A stretch of 61,904 nt of DNA from a virus. Its lineage: Duplodnaviria > Caudoviricetes. Both the position numbers and the translations under genes were made by a program. The stretch spans positions 1-61,904 of the IMG/VR virus record IMGVR_UViG_3300042556_002563; one strand, written 5' to 3'. Positions 10,404 through 21,979 of the stretch are shown one piece after another; the first letter of the stretch is position 1; every line of letters begins with the position of its first letter. The notes below the pieces were generated by a model. That model was not told where the DNA came from. It saw only the letters and a program-made list of their open reading frames with translations, and did no database searches.

Positions 10404-11591
10404 TTACTCCGTGGGTGGCGTGAACGTGGTGCCGTCTGGGTAGCGGCAGGCGTTGGTGACGCGGAAGTCATCGATGTAGCCGTCAAACCACCTGCCGCCG
10501 CCAAAGCCGCCGACATACATTACGTTATCAACGGACGCAGCTATCTGTGACCTCGGCCCATACGGCAAGCTGTTGTGCGCCTCAACGCCGTCTACATAGA
10601 TGCGGTGCGTTGTGCCCTGCTTCACAAAAGCGATGTGATGCCACTCAGACCGCGACGGCATCGGAAAACTCAGGTTTGTACCATCGCTCACGGACATCGT
10701 AGGTGGATTCGAGCCTCCTTCAAGAATCATAAACTGACCTCCACCGGCTATTTCTGTCCTCCACAGGCACGAATCTGGCTTGATTAGAAATCCATAACAG
10801 CCAGACGTGCATGGGTTGAAATACGCCCAGCATTCGACGGTAAAGTCGCTGGAAAAGTTCGGCACGCCGTTGGCGATTGCGATGCCGCCGTAAGAAAAGT
10901 TTGTCGCACTGCCGGTGCCGTACTTTTTCACGCTTGTTGTGACGGCAGTTGCATTGAGCGTCGTGATGGTCTTGGGGCTTTGCGACGAGTCAGTGAACGT
11001 CTGCGAGCCGTTTGAGCCGTTCATTCGCAGATAGGCTACGACGCTGCTCGCAAAAGCGTCAGACACAGGCGTCGAGGTTGCGGTGCTGCTCCACGCACCT
11101 TGACCGACTCCGTTTACCGCTGCCACGCGAAACACATACGCCGTGCCGTTGTTCAAGGAAGTGACAGTCGCGCTTGTGGTCGCAGAAGTCTCATCACTGA
11201 ATGTCGTCCACGTCGACCCTGAGTCCGACGAATACTGGACGATGTAATCTGTGACCGGGGCTTGTGCAATCATGCCGGTCGGCGCTGTCCACGACACGGC
11301 AGCCTGCGCGTTGCCAGCCGTCGCTGTTACGCCGGTTGGTGCGGATGGCACAAACAAGGCCCGCAGCACAGCGTCGGCCCCGCCAGTCGCGGACAAGACG
11401 CCGTCAGCGATTGACAGGCCCGAGCCGACCTTCACTCCGCCTAGCGTTGACTCCGAAGCAGTCGGCAACTGGAACGAGCCGCCACCACTCGCCGCGACGA
11501 GTTCCCACGCCGCGCCGCTCCATGACCAAGTGCGTCCGTTGGCAGTGTAGGTCTGGCCTACAGTTGGTGATGCTGGTGGTGTCAGTGGCAT
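10404..11591 (-). CDS. Fibre protein with FN3 and LamG domains
   Basis: APT.V..TAGNAQ..VSWTAP...Y.FRVAAVN (FN3); DFTVECW, WHHIAFV, GYIDDFRVT (LamG). Confidence 0.85.
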   Translation of the reverse strand: MPLTPPASPTVGQTYTANGRTWSWSGAAWELVAASGGGSFQLPTASESTLGGVKVGSGLSIADGVLSATGGADAVLRALFVPSAPTGVTATAGNAQAAVSWTAPTGMIAQAPVTDYIVQYSSDSGSTWTTFSDETSATTSATVTSLNNGTAYVFRVAAVNGVGQGAWSSTATSTPVSDAFASSVVAYLRMNGSNGSQTFTDSSQSPKTITTLNATAVTTSVKKYGTGSATNFSYGGIAIANGVPNFSSDFTVECWAYFNPCTSGCYGFLIKPDSCLWRTEIAGGGQFMILEGGSNPPTMSVSDGTNLSFPMPSRSEWHHIAFVKQGTTHRIYVDGVEAHNSLPYGPRSQIAASVDNVMYVGGFGGGRWFDGYIDDFRVTNACRYPDGTTFTPPTE

Positions 11592-11697
11592 GTGCTAACT
11601 CCTACGCGATTCTCAGTGTGGCAGTTACGCGGGTCGCTTGCTGTATATGAGGGCAGGGTGCCGATTGTGCCGCAGATTAGGAATTCGATTAAGTGTT

Positions 11698-12240
11698 TCA
11701 CGTCGCACTCCAAGCAGCCGGATCGACCATGAATCGCCAAGACCAGACGACTCGCCTGACGTTGCCATTGACTTGGGAAACGCCGTGAATCTGTTCCGAC
11801 AGAAGATAGGCCAGCGCGTCTCCTTCCCGCTGCTCTCGCTCCACGCCGTCAACGCTCACTACGCCGCCTGACGCTGGAGCGGAAAGCAATGTGTTCACGC
11901 CGACACACACCAGACCATCCTGCCGGAAATGATGATCAACGTGTTCTGCAAACTCGCCGCCGGGGAGTAGAACACCAACCGTCATGCCGTCTAGGAATCG
12001 CGGCAGCGAGACCCCCAGCATCGGGAACCGCTCCCTGATACGGCTCTGCACCTGATAGGCGACTTCGGGGAATCCGCCAGCCTCCACCACCGCGTTGCTG
12101 TTGGAGATTTGACGCAACAAATACGACTCGCCGTCCGCAGTTCTTGCGTCTCCGAGGCACGCCGCATTGGTGTCGCACCACGCCAGCAGTGAGGCTCGTT
12201 CGCTCTCGCTAACAAAATTGCTTAGAAGAATAACGCTCAT
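11698..12240 (-). CDS. 2OG-Fe(II) oxygenase, prolyl-4-hydroxylase-like
   Basis: HVD...GG...HGV.....R..W arrangement matching the HxD..H facial triad plus the 2OG-binding Arg. Confidence 0.75.
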   Translation of the reverse strand: MSVILLSNFVSESERASLLAWCDTNAACLGDARTADGESYLLRQISNSNAVVEAGGFPEVAYQVQSRIRERFPMLGVSLPRFLDGMTVGVLLPGGEFAEHVDHHFRQDGLVCVGVNTLLSAPASGGVVSVDGVEREQREGDALAYLLSEQIHGVSQVNGNVRRVVWSWRFMVDPAAWSAT

Positions 12241-13127
12241 TAGTTGCAGTCCTGTTGCAGAGTGAATGACGCAAACGGCCCCGTCCCAACGGCATTGACG
12301 GCAGCAACTTGGAACGAGCCGGTGGGCGCGTGGCTGCTGACGAACCCGCCGGTATAAGAGCCTGCTGGTCGAGAGCCGCTAGACGGAGCAACACTGGTCG
12401 TCGCGCCGCTGCCGATTCGCCAAACGTATCCGGTGATTTCCGAACCGCCGTTAGAAGCCGGCGCGTTCCACATAGTTGAGTTAGTCGAACATCCCCAGTA
12501 GTTGTCGGCATTTCGCAGTGAAGTCGGAGCATCAGGAACGCTCGCCGAATTCGGCGTAACGGCACTGCTCGCCGCCGAGTAGCTGCCCGTTCCGATGGCA
12601 TTCGTTGCTGAGACGCGGAAGACATACGGCGTGCCGTTGGTGAGCGAAGTCACAACCACACCACTCGTCGCGGTCGATGCCGCCCGAGTGAACGTTGTCC
12701 ACGTTGAGCCGCTGTTGGAACTGAACTGAACGGTGTAGTCCGTTATTGGAGTGACAGAAAGAACGTTTGGCGCAGTCCACGCGAGCGACACCTGCGCGTT
12801 GCCCGCTGTGGGCGTCACACTCGTCGGCGCAGCCGGGGTGAACAACGCCCGCAACTCAGTGTCGGTGCCGCCGCCACTCACACCCGCCTCGATGTAGGCA
12901 CCCTGCCAGATGTAGGCGCGAGCCGTGTCCGTAGCGAGGTACAGCGTGCCCGACGATCCGGTCGCGGGAAATCCTGCGACCGTCGCTGCGGTGACGATGC
13001 TGCCCGAGCCCCCGCCGCCGCTCGCCGCGACGAGTTCCCAAGTGTTGTTGCCTGCGTAGCGGTACTCGCGCCCGTTTTGTGTGGACGTTGCGTTGAGTGC
13101 TGGGGATGCTGGAAAGGAAAATGGCAT
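12240..13127 (-). CDS. Fibre protein with two FN3 domains
   Basis: Start MPFSFPASP (ATG 13127); FN3 motifs; shared N-terminal and FPATG modules. Confidence 0.8.
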   Translation of the reverse strand: MPFSFPASPALNATSTQNGREYRYAGNNTWELVAASGGGGSGSIVTAATVAGFPATGSSGTLYLATDTARAYIWQGAYIEAGVSGGGTDTELRALFTPAAPTSVTPTAGNAQVSLAWTAPNVLSVTPITDYTVQFSSNSGSTWTTFTRAASTATSGVVVTSLTNGTPYVFRVSATNAIGTGSYSAASSAVTPNSASVPDAPTSLRNADNYWGCSTNSTMWNAPASNGGSEITGYVWRIGSGATTSVAPSSGSRPAGSYTGGFVSSHAPTGSFQVAAVNAVGTGPFASFTLQQDCN

Positions 13128-13138
13128 GGCGTAGTTTC

Positions 13139-13501
13139 CTAGTTCTGCGGCGTTACTTCGGCCCACGCCAGCGTCGTCTCGTCCCAGCGATACAGTTTGC
13201 CATCAGTCGGCATCGGCGTTGGCGGTTGCCAGTCGTGATTCGCGTCGCGCGACCACGACGGAAAAGGCGACGGCGATACAAACACATCCGCCGGCGATTC
13301 GTAAACAAAACCAACGCCCGCGAACTGCTTGCGAATTTTGCCGCTGTAGCTCGTTTGAATCCAGCGACCGCCAAACAGCGCCTGACAGAAAGCGATCCCC
13401 TTGGCCTCGCTCTCTGTGCCGTTGTCGAGCAGTTCGTCGTTGTTGACAACGATTACTTGCGTGACGATGTTGTTTTCATCCAGTTGTGCAAAGTGTGCCA
13501 T
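13139..13501 (-). CDS. Small fibre-associated protein (MAHFAQLDENNIVTQVIVV family)
   Basis: W.QTSY...RK.FAG.G..Y, PFPSW..WQPPTPMP motifs; paralog of 5419 gene. Confidence 0.8.
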   Translation of the reverse strand: MAHFAQLDENNIVTQVIVVNNDELLDNGTESEAKGIAFCQALFGGRWIQTSYSGKIRKQFAGVGFVYESPADVFVSPSPFPSWSRDANHDWQPPTPMPTDGKLYRWDETTLAWAEVTPQN

Positions 13502-13503
13502 GA

Positions 13504-16095
13504 TTAAAACGTGATGCTCCCTGAACCCGTGAACGTGTAGATGACGCTGCCGCCGCTGTTGGTTACCACGGGGCTTCCAGTTGTCGCAGTTGCAGCGGAC
13601 TGCGACTTGATGATCACCACGCCGCTTCCGCCAGCAGCACCGGAGTCGCCGCCTGCGCCCTGCCCAGAGTTTGCCGTGCCAGCAGCCCCAGCCGAGTTAG
13701 CGCCGTTAACTGGCGTGACCTGATCCGCCCCCACCGAGATGCCAGCACCGCCGCCGGAAAAATACCGCGTGCCAGAGTAGAGGACGCCGACGCTAGCCGC
13801 TGCCGCGAGCGTGCTGTACGAGCCAACACCGTCGCCGCCAGCGCCAGCGGTGCCGCCGGATGCGTTTCCGCCAGCACTCGCCGCACCACCGCCGCCGCCA
13901 GAGCCACCAGAGCCGAACGGCCCCGTACCGTTGCCACCGCTAAATCCTTGACCGCTTGTTCCGCTGCCGCCATACGATCTCTGGTCCGTGGTAAATCCGC
14001 AGCCGCCGCCGCCGCAGCCTCCGTCTTTGCCTTGATAGTTACCGCCAAACGATCCGCCGCCACCACCGCCAACGGCAGCGGCCAGAAGGCTGGCGAACGA
14101 GGAGTTTGTGCCGCTTGTGCCGGGAGAGTTTGAGTCAACGCTCGCGCCACCGCCGCCCACGGTCACGGTGTACTGCACGCCGGTCGAGTAGGCCACAGCA
14201 GATGAGTAGACCACGCCGCCGCCTCCGCCAGCGCCACCGACAGACGTGCCAGAGCCGCCTCCGCCAGCCACGACGAGAACCTCCAGACCGCTAACAGGCA
14301 TGACGGAACTACTCGCCGCCGAATACGCCCCCGTGCCCACGCCATTCACCGCCGCCACGCGAAAGGTGTACGCGGTGCCGTTGGTCAGGCCGGTGACAGT
14401 GGCGGAGGTAGACGTTGAAGTACTATCCGAGAACGTAGTCCAAGTTGACCCAGAGTTGCTCGAATACTGCACAACGTAATCGGTGACGGGAGCCTGTGCG
14501 ATCACGCCAGTAGGGGCAGTCCATGACAACACTGCCTGTTCGTTGCCGGGGGTCGCTGAGACGTTGGTCGGCGCGGCTGGCACAAGCAGCGCACGCAGTC
14601 CCGTGTCCTCACCAGCGCCGGCCGCGCCTCCGCCCGATACGCCAAGCTCGATGTAAACGTCGGACGCATCCCACCGATATAAACGACTTACATTAGTAGC
14701 GATATACAACGCGCCACTTTCACCGGTGGCAGGAAAGTTCGCCGCTGTAGCGTATTCGTAAACAGCGGCGGATGAGCCGGTGATGGTGACGGGCAGAGTC
14801 TGCGGCGATGGCTGGAGAAGCGTCGTCGGCAGCGCGGCAGTCGGCGGCGTGTGATTCGCGGTGTAGCGAGCCGCTTTCGTGACGCGGAGTTCTGCAATGC
14901 GGCCGTTCCAGTAGTTGGCGTCAAGCTCCGTATATGTGCGGCCGACAACCACGCTGGACTGACCGTGCGAGCCGGTTGCAGAGACACTGCCGACAGAAGT
15001 GCCGTTGACGTAGTAATTCACTGTGCCGCTGAGACGAACGGCGGCTAGATGAACCCACTGTCCTGTTGGCAGGAGCGCCGACCCCTGAATGTTCGCGCCG
15101 CCGGGGTGCATCAAAAACGGGTAGCCGGTGTTCGTCACGCCTATCGACACGCCGTAAGAAGAGCCGTCGCTGACATATGTCGAAAAGTACGAACCGTAGG
15201 TGCCGTAGGCAGTCAGCCATACCCACGCTTCAGCCGTCCAGTCGCTCGTTCCCCACGAAAAGTCACTGCTTGACAACGACAGGTAGTCGCCCGTCCCATC
15301 CAACGCAATAGAGTTGGTGCCATACTTGCCCGCCGCGTTCGCCGCTGCGTTACCGTGGGCCGTCAGTGTGCGACCGTACTTGGACGCGTCCGTGAGGTTG
15401 CCGTCGCCGCGCAGCAGCAGCAGCACGTTGTCCCAATAGGGATCGGTGCCCGGGATCGTCACGCTGCCCGAGAGCGAGCCGGAGCCGCCGCCACCCGAGC
15501 CACCTCCGCCTGTAGCCGCTAATACGCCGTCAGTGATAGTCAAGCCGGAGCCAATTTTAATACCGCCAAGCACTGTATCACTTGCAACTGGCAACGTATA
15601 GCTCGGGCCGGTCGCGCCTGTAACGCCTGCCGTACCCTGCGGGCCCGTTGCCCCCGTTACGCCATCAACCCCAGTAGCGCCTGTAACGCCAGCAACTCCG
15701 GTAGCGCCTGTAACGCCATCAACCCCAGTAGCGCCTGTAACGCCATCAACCCCAGTAGCGCCTGTTACACCAGCAATACCAGTTGCGCCTGTAACGCCAT
15801 CAACCCCAGTAGCGCCTGTTACACCAGCAATACCAGTTGCGCCTGTAACGCCAGCAACTCCGGTAGCGCCTGTAACGCCAGCAGCCCCCGCCGCGCCAGC
15901 AACACCAGTAGCGCCTGTAACGCCCGCAACACCAGTAGCCCCGGTTACCCCCGTGGCGCCTGAACCAGCCGACAACGCCGCAATATCCGCGAGCGTGACT
16001 TTATTTGTGGCCGTGCCGGCCGCATTACTTACCGGAACAACACTTGTGCCGACGGCTGCAGCACTCGGCAGTTCAGATATCTTAATGTCGGCCAT
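13504..16095 (-). CDS. Multidomain fibre: KISELP N-terminus, collagen, LamG, FN3, Gly-rich domain
   Basis: All modules are directly recognisable in the translation. Confidence 0.85.
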   Translation of the reverse strand: MADIKISELPSAAAVGTSVVPVSNAAGTATNKVTLADIAALSAGSGATGVTGATGVAGVTGATGVAGAAGAAGVTGATGVAGVTGATGIAGVTGATGVDGVTGATGIAGVTGATGVDGVTGATGVDGVTGATGVAGVTGATGVDGVTGATGPQGTAGVTGATGPSYTLPVASDTVLGGIKIGSGLTITDGVLAATGGGGSGGGGSGSLSGSVTIPGTDPYWDNVLLLLRGDGNLTDASKYGRTLTAHGNAAANAAGKYGTNSIALDGTGDYLSLSSSDFSWGTSDWTAEAWVWLTAYGTYGSYFSTYVSDGSSYGVSIGVTNTGYPFLMHPGGANIQGSALLPTGQWVHLAAVRLSGTVNYYVNGTSVGSVSATGSHGQSSVVVGRTYTELDANYWNGRIAELRVTKAARYTANHTPPTAALPTTLLQPSPQTLPVTITGSSAAVYEYATAANFPATGESGALYIATNVSRLYRWDASDVYIELGVSGGGAAGAGEDTGLRALLVPAAPTNVSATPGNEQAVLSWTAPTGVIAQAPVTDYVVQYSSNSGSTWTTFSDSTSTSTSATVTGLTNGTAYTFRVAAVNGVGTGAYSAASSSVMPVSGLEVLVVAGGGGSGTSVGGAGGGGGVVYSSAVAYSTGVQYTVTVGGGGASVDSNSPGTSGTNSSFASLLAAAVGGGGGGSFGGNYQGKDGGCGGGGCGFTTDQRSYGGSGTSGQGFSGGNGTGPFGSGGSGGGGGAASAGGNASGGTAGAGGDGVGSYSTLAAAASVGVLYSGTRYFSGGGAGISVGADQVTPVNGANSAGAAGTANSGQGAGGDSGAAGGSGVVIIKSQSAATATTGSPVVTNSGGSVIYTFTGSGSITF
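15603..15963 (-). repeat. 27-bp tandem repeat encoding GVTGATG(V/I)(A/D) collagen units
   Basis: Near-identical gcgcctgtaacgccatcaaccccagta-type units, roughly a dozen copies. Confidence 0.85.
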
Positions 16096-16100
16096 CGCGT

Positions 16101-16358
16101 TTACTCCACCGTAATGTATTCGCCAGTGTGCGTGACAATACTGTCGCCGGTATGCGTTTGTAGTTTAGCGCCCGGCGCAAGAATTTCACCGCCGTCGAGC
16201 ACTGTGATTTGGTTCAAACAGACAATTGCGCCGCTTGTTGTTTTTGTAAACCACTTCTTGTCGGCCAGATTAACGGCGATTTCACCTACCGTCAACTGCC
16301 CGGCCGAGGGTACTGCCCCCGGTACCGTGCTTTTTTTATGGACAAGCGTAATCGCCAT
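16101..16358 (-). CDS. Mini fibre-adaptor protein (85 aa)
   Basis: HKKS..PGAVP....L..GEIAVN..D and VLDGGEI motifs. Confidence 0.7.
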   Translation of the reverse strand: MAITLVHKKSTVPGAVPSAGQLTVGEIAVNLADKKWFTKTTSGAIVCLNQITVLDGGEILAPGAKLQTHTGDSIVTHTGEYITVE

Positions 16359-16363
16359 TGTTA

Positions 16364-17869
16364 TTAAAACACGCCGCCGTCGATGACTACGTTATCAATA
16401 GTGCCGCCGGTAATCGAGACGTTATTCGAGTTTTGAGTGGCAATCGTGCCGAGTCCAAGCGTTGTGCGGGCGTCAGACGCAGTGGCGTCGTCTACAAGGC
16501 TGCGGCCGAACGACGTAAAGGTTGCAAGATCAGCGGCGCCAGAGCCGGTGAAGTACGGCAGCCGGTCAGCCGCCGACGACAAACCAGCCAGCGCGGCTAA
16601 CTCGGTGTCATAAGCCTGCACATCGGTGCCGATGACCAACCCGAGGTTCGTGCGTGCCGCGGAAGCACTTGTCGCGCCCGTACCGCCGTAGGAAACGCCT
16701 ACAGCTGTGCCCTGCCACGTACCGCTGGAAATCGTGCCGACTGTAACAATGCTGTCGTCGCCGCTGTAGGTGCCCGCAGCAACAGCAGCCAGTGTGCTGT
16801 TGTACGCCTGCACGTCTGTGCCAATCGCCAAACCTAGGTTCGTGCGCGCGTCGCTTGCCGTTGTGGCGCCAGTACCGCCGTAGGACACACCCACGGCTGT
16901 GCCCTGCCATGTGCCGCTGGAGATCGTGCCAACGCTTGTCAGCGACGACGCTGTGACGCCGGAACCGAGCGTGTTGCTCGAAAGCACCTGCGTGCCGCCG
17001 ATATAGACACCGTTGACTTCGATGTCGCCCGCCGAGCCGCTAAACACCTCAGACGAGTTCGACGCGTCCGGGATAAACGCGAACCGGCCGGCACTGGCGT
17101 CATAACCAAAAAAGCCGATCTTGGCCGCGGTGCCATTGTGCCAGCGGAATTCGACGCCGCGGTCTTTGTTATCATTACTCGTCGGAACTGTGTCGCCGCC
17201 GAGCGTAATGATCGGATCATCGAGCGTCGTGACGGAACTGTTGACTGCCGTCGTGGTGCCGTTGACCGTGATGTTGCCGCTGACAGTAAGATTACCACCC
17301 ACCGTTACGTTGGCAGAGCTATCAACCGTGAAGTTGTTGCTGGCCGCGTTCAGGCTCGTTCCGACACTCGCGCTGCCCGTCGTCGTGATCGTAGCCGCAG
17401 CGATGGCGCCGGCGTTGCTATAAATCACAGCCTTGCTATTAACGACTGTGTCGGCCACCGCGCCGTCGAGCAGATTGATCTCGTCGTACGACGCCGTAAC
17501 GCCGTCGAGAATGTTCAGCTCAGCAGCAGACGATGTAACTGCTGCGCCGCCGATCTGAAACGTGCCAGCCGCGTTAAGCGTGCCGCTGAACGTGTTCGTG
17601 TAGCTAGCCTCAAATGTGTTGCTAGCCGCAAGCTTGGCGTACTGCGAAAGATTTGAGTTTGACAGCGCGTTGTCAACATAGGTGGTCGTGGCAAACGCGC
17701 CGGAGCCGCCGATCTGGATAATGGTCGAAGCCGAACCGTCACCGGTATCGCCTTTTCCATAGTAAAGAATATTATCAATTTCGTTGTATGCTAACTCGGC
17801 ATTCTTTAAACCCGAGGGGGCGCCAGCAGCACCTGTAATACGACGTTTAATGCGTACCGTATTGGCCAT
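16364..17869 (-). CDS. Tail-fibre protein with internal 44-aa duplication, ends VIDGGVF
   Basis: IKRR..GAP..L..AELAYN N-terminus; VGTISSGTWQGTAVGVSYGGTGAT.AS.ARTNLGL.IGTDVQAY occurs twice. Confidence 0.8.
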   Translation of the reverse strand: MANTVRIKRRITGAAGAPSGLKNAELAYNEIDNILYYGKGDTGDGSASTIIQIGGSGAFATTTYVDNALSNSNLSQYAKLAASNTFEASYTNTFSGTLNAAGTFQIGGAAVTSSAAELNILDGVTASYDEINLLDGAVADTVVNSKAVIYSNAGAIAAATITTTGSASVGTSLNAASNNFTVDSSANVTVGGNLTVSGNITVNGTTTAVNSSVTTLDDPIITLGGDTVPTSNDNKDRGVEFRWHNGTAAKIGFFGYDASAGRFAFIPDASNSSEVFSGSAGDIEVNGVYIGGTQVLSSNTLGSGVTASSLTSVGTISSGTWQGTAVGVSYGGTGATTASDARTNLGLAIGTDVQAYNSTLAAVAAGTYSGDDSIVTVGTISSGTWQGTAVGVSYGGTGATSASAARTNLGLVIGTDVQAYDTELAALAGLSSAADRLPYFTGSGAADLATFTSFGRSLVDDATASDARTTLGLGTIATQNSNNVSITGGTIDNVVIDGGVF

Positions 17870-17886
17870 GTGAGCACCTCAAAAGT

Positions 17887-18144
17887 TTAAAAATTACCGC
17901 CGTCTAAAACGTACTCAAGCCACGTGGTGAGATCGGCCGACAGCACCCATTCTTGTTTCGTTTCAAGCACCAATACTACCATGCCCGCGCGACGCCGAGC
18001 AACTGGAATAGCGTTTAAATCGGTCATGTTACTTACTGCCCGATAACCCCCGCTGCCGTATTTATCGATATGGGTGGGGAACTGGTCTTCCTCTGCGCCG
18101 GGAACAATAGGGGCGCCGACATTTGTGCCGCGAATAAATGTCAT
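17887..18144 (-). CDS. Small virion protein (85 aa), ends VLDGGNF
   Basis: ATG 18144 coupled to the upstream TAA; GGY..V.....L.AIP..RR..GM.V.V motif. Confidence 0.7.
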   Translation of the reverse strand: MTFIRGTNVGAPIVPGAEEDQFPTHIDKYGSGGYRAVSNMTDLNAIPVARRRAGMVVLVLETKQEWVLSADLTTWLEYVLDGGNF

Positions 18145-21100
18145 TATGCCACCTCTATAGCGATATTTGCGCCGTTTTGCTGATATTCGCTGCGGTAGAT
18201 GTGGTACGTTGCCGAGCCGCCGGACGCGTTTACAAAATCTCGTGTCGTCAGCAGCCACGCAGAACTGATAAGGCCATTAAACTTGAAACTGGTCGGAGTT
18301 CCAAACGCTGCCGGCCACGCAAAATAAATATACTGGTTTGCCGGGTTAAACAGCCGCGACTGCGTAAAATTAGTGGCAAACTCAGCCGCTAGCGAAATGA
18401 TATCCGCGTCTGTGGGCGTGTCTGTTGCTAATACGCCCCAGTACCGTTTGCGGCTGAAAGTTATGTTTGTGGTTGTTGCCCCCACGATCGTGCCTGTGAA
18501 TCCAAGGTATGTCAGCTCGTACGAAAGCGTATACGTTTTTGAACTTGTAATACTAAGCCCCGAAAGCGCGTAGCTGCGCAAGTTTGTCGAAAGCGCACCA
18601 ATATCAGTGAGCGACTGCGCCAATACAGTGCCGTGCGACAAACTCCAATTGAGCGTTACGTCAGTGATAGTTGCGCCCGCCTCAGCTTGTCCGACGTTGT
18701 TTGACAATGTTACGCGCGGCGGTGACGTGGGCGGCTGGCTTGTAGCGTTGTCAAGCAGCGCCCGCACGGCTTCGTCAATGTTTGTATAGTTGAGCGCCGT
18801 GTAGTTAAACACAACCCCCGTAGCGCTAATCGACCCAGAGAAATTTCCACCGCCACCGCCGCCACTTCCAGCCGGGCCAGTCGCGCCGGTGGCTCCAGTA
18901 ACACCTGTAGCGCCCCGTAGGCCTGTCGCGCCAGTCGTGCCAACGCCAGTCGCACCTGCTGGCCCTGCCGGACCAGTGGCGCCAATACCGCCGCCCGAAC
19001 CAGAAGAGAAATACGGCAGCGAATTCCACGCGCGAACGCCGTCGCCGATTTTGAACTTGCCTGTGTCGTATTCAAACCCCGGCTCGCCAATGACCAGCAA
19101 TGGATTTGCGGCCGTTAAATTTTCTGCCGTGCCGCGCTTAAACTGAATGACTGTTTTTGTCTGCGCGGCGAATGTTCCGGTCGAGAATGTGCCGCCATTA
19201 ATTGAATCGCCGTCTGCGTAGCCAGCGCCTGTGGCGCCGGTTTGACCGCGCGGGCCTGTTGCGCCTTGCGCTGCTGTAACAGCTACGCCACCGATTAAAA
19301 TAACACTGGGATTATTTGTTCCAACAACAGTCGGCGCCGGGCCAGTCGCGCCACTAATTCCTGTTGCGCCGGTGGCGCCGCGCGGGCCGATATCACCTGT
19401 CTCGCCGGTTAAACCAGTCGCGCCCGATATACCAATTGGGCCAGTTTCTCCGATCGGACCGGCAACACCTGTCGCGCCTGTAACACCAACAACACCAGTG
19501 GCGCCACGACTACCAGTCGCACCCTGCAGACCAGCAAAACCAGTTGCGCCCACAGGTCCGGTCGCACCGCGGACGCCAGTTGCGCCTGTGACGCCGAACC
19601 CCGTAGCGCCGACAGCGCCAGTTGCGCCTGTAATACCAGTAACGCCAGTTTCGCCAGTAGCGCCCGTAGCGCCAACTGCGCCGTCTGCACCCGTAGCACC
19701 AGTTGCACCAGTTGCGCCTTGATCGCCAGTTGCGCCTGTAACGCCAGTAAAACCAGCGGGGCCAGTAGCGCCTGTCGGGCCGGTCAAGCCGGTATTACCG
19801 CGATCACCCGTTAAGCCTGTAGCCCCCTGAACACCTGTTGCGCCACGCGGCCCAACTAAGCCCGTTACACCAGTCGCGCCCGTTGCGCCGGTATCACCAT
19901 TAGCGCCATTAGCGCCAGCCACGCCCGTAGCGCCGCGAGGGCCGGTTTCACCAGCAGTACCGGCTACGCCCGTTTCACCAGTAATACCGGTAGCGCCTTG
20001 CGGACCAATAGCGCCAGTAGCGCCGGTAGCGCCTATATCGCCAGTGGCGCCAACGTCGCCGGTTACGCCAGTAGCGCCCTGAATACCCTGCGGGCCGGTT
20101 TCACCTACCGCGCCCGGAGCGCCATCAAGACCGGCTACGCCAGTTGCACCGGTTTCACCATTTACGCCAGTTGCGCCTGTGGCGCCGTCGACGCCAGTCG
20201 CTCCCTGTGGTCCCGTAGTGCCCTGAATGCCTGTTGCGCCTACCGGACCAGATACGCCAGTTGCGCCCCGCGACCCTATGGCGCCAGCCGCGCCTGTAGC
20301 TCCTATAGCGCCAGTGGCGCCTGTAAGACCCGTTACACCCGGAACGCCAGTCGCCCCTACAACGCCAGTAGCGCCATGAGGACCTGTAGCGCCCGTTACG
20401 CCCGCATCACCCGCGACACCGGTTGCGCCAGTAGCGCCGGCGGCTCCAGCGGCGCCTGTTGCGCCACCGACGCCAGTTGCACCTTGCGCGCCTGTGGCGC
20501 CTGTAATACCGGTGGACCCAGTAGCGCCGGCGATGCCGGCCACGCCAGTAGCGCCACGAGGACCCGTAGTACCCTGTACGCCTGTGGAGCCCATCGCGCC
20601 GCGTAAACCAGTGGCTCCATCTGCGCCCGTGGCGCCTACAGCGCCCGTGGCGCCTACAGCGCCAGCGACGCCCGTAGAACCCTGAATACCAGTAGCGCCT
20701 GTGGCGCCCGATGCGCCGACCGCTCCGGCAGGACCTGTCGCGCCTTGAAGTCCGGTTGCGCCGGTGACGCCGCCTTCGGGTTCGCGGTTATTCATAAACC
20801 GCGCGAGAATGTCAGCCGCGAAGTACGCCGGGAACGCACCCGCTAAAGCATCCGGCAGCGGGTGCAGAATAGGCCAGCCGTTTTTGACCTCGAACAGTAT
20901 CCCTTCGCCGTCCGGGATTCCGCCGTCACCGCTTGTTGTCTCGTCAAGCAGCGTGTTTTCGCGATTTTCGTCTTCAACTACGCAATTAATTACGTTAACA
21001 GTTTGCGAAGTAATAGCGACAATCTTGAGAACACGACCCTGTCCGGCCGTCGCAATGTAATCACCGACGGCGACATCAAGGCCGGTGTAATAATACGGCG

Positions 21101-21257
21101 TCGGCGTATCGGGCGAGCCGTGTGCCTGCGAAACAACCGCTAGCGTTGTATGCCACTGATACGGGTAGCCCGGCCACGCATCATTTTGCGGCCCATACGC
21201 ATATGGCACGGTCTGTGCCATAGTGAACCGCAGTATTTTTGTCGGTTGAAAGGACAT
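18144..21257 (-). CDS. Long collagen-like fibre protein (1037 aa)
   Basis: ~480 aa of almost uninterrupted G-X-Y, strongly G-X-T; Mtd-N-like module and Ig-like C-terminus. Confidence 0.85.
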   Translation of the reverse strand: MSFQPTKILRFTMAQTVPYAYGPQNDAWPGYPYQWHTTLAVVSQAHGSPDTPTPYYYTGLDVAVGDYIATAGQGRVLKIVAITSQTVNVINCVVEDENRENTLLDETTSGDGGIPDGEGILFEVKNGWPILHPLPDALAGAFPAYFAADILARFMNNREPEGGVTGATGLQGATGPAGAVGASGATGATGIQGSTGVAGAVGATGAVGATGADGATGLRGAMGSTGVQGTTGPRGATGVAGIAGATGSTGITGATGAQGATGVGGATGAAGAAGATGATGVAGDAGVTGATGPHGATGVVGATGVPGVTGLTGATGAIGATGAAGAIGSRGATGVSGPVGATGIQGTTGPQGATGVDGATGATGVNGETGATGVAGLDGAPGAVGETGPQGIQGATGVTGDVGATGDIGATGATGAIGPQGATGITGETGVAGTAGETGPRGATGVAGANGANGDTGATGATGVTGLVGPRGATGVQGATGLTGDRGNTGLTGPTGATGPAGFTGVTGATGDQGATGATGATGADGAVGATGATGETGVTGITGATGAVGATGFGVTGATGVRGATGPVGATGFAGLQGATGSRGATGVVGVTGATGVAGPIGETGPIGISGATGLTGETGDIGPRGATGATGISGATGPAPTVVGTNNPSVILIGGVAVTAAQGATGPRGQTGATGAGYADGDSINGGTFSTGTFAAQTKTVIQFKRGTAENLTAANPLLVIGEPGFEYDTGKFKIGDGVRAWNSLPYFSSGSGGGIGATGPAGPAGATGVGTTGATGLRGATGVTGATGATGPAGSGGGGGGNFSGSISATGVVFNYTALNYTNIDEAVRALLDNATSQPPTSPPRVTLSNNVGQAEAGATITDVTLNWSLSHGTVLAQSLTDIGALSTNLRSYALSGLSITSSKTYTLSYELTYLGFTGTIVGATTTNITFSRKRYWGVLATDTPTDADIISLAAEFATNFTQSRLFNPANQYIYFAWPAAFGTPTSFKFNGLISSAWLLTTRDFVNASGGSATYHIYRSEYQQNGANIAIEVA
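19335..20770 (-). repeat. Collagen G-X-Y coding repeat with 9-bp periodicity
   Basis: GAT/GVT/GET/GPT triplets throughout. Confidence 0.9.
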
Positions 21258-21278
21258 AGCACGACTTTACGGCGGTAA

Positions 21279-21965
21279 TTAGAAAAAGCATACGATTCGC
21301 GCGACGCCGCCCGAGTCACACCCGACCACGTTATTAGAGATGCGAATAGTGAATGCCGTAGTTTTTGTGCTACCAGCCAACGTAAGTTCGTTTGAAGATG
21401 TTGGATAGCGCGCCCGCCACGTGGCAGCACTTGCCGTAAAACCCCAATACGTTATGTTATTTAATTCCCTACCGACTGTATGCGTAATCGTGACGTCATT
21501 CGCCGCAATCGTATACGACCAACCGGTTGGTAAATTGTAAACGCTGGTGGGTGAAGCGCCCGTGTAACTTACATTAAAGGCGTATATGGCGTCAGACGCT
21601 GACGACCCCGGCGGTCCTGCCACGCCGGTAGCGCCTTGCGAGCCAGTGACGCCAGTAGCGCCACGAGGACCTGTAGCGCCCTGAACACCGGTGGCGCCAA
21701 GAGCGCCTGTTGCGCCGGTAACGCCAGAAGCACCCGTGACTCCGGCACCAGTTGGGCCGGTAGAGCCCGCAGGACCGGTTGCGCCTGTTAAACCGTTCGG
21801 CCCGGTGGCGCCGGTATTCGCCGCGTCAGCAATCAGCGAGGCTAACGCGGCCGCGGTCACCCGCTTAGACGTGTACGGGCTTGTTGCTGTGTCAACAATA
21901 GGCAGAAGGTCATTTGCGGAAGGCGTCGTTTTTGCCGGCAATTCAGAGATTTTTTTGTTCGCCAT
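21279..21965 (-). CDS. Short collagen-like fibre protein with KISELP N-terminus
   Basis: [10 protein letters not shown]... shared with the 13504 gene; G-X-T run. Confidence 0.8.
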   Translation of the reverse strand: MANKKISELPAKTTPSANDLLPIVDTATSPYTSKRVTAAALASLIADAANTGATGPNGLTGATGPAGSTGPTGAGVTGASGVTGATGALGATGVQGATGPRGATGVTGSQGATGVAGPPGSSASDAIYAFNVSYTGASPTSVYNLPTGWSYTIAANDVTITHTVGRELNNITYWGFTASAATWRARYPTSSNELTLAGSTKTTAFTIRISNNVVGCDSGGVARIVCFF

Positions 21966-21979
21966 AGTCCGCGCAGCCC

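Noticed and set aside
15603-20770. Tandem repeats as a CRISPR array
   Set aside because: 9/27-bp in-frame periodicity encoding collagen; no unique spacers.
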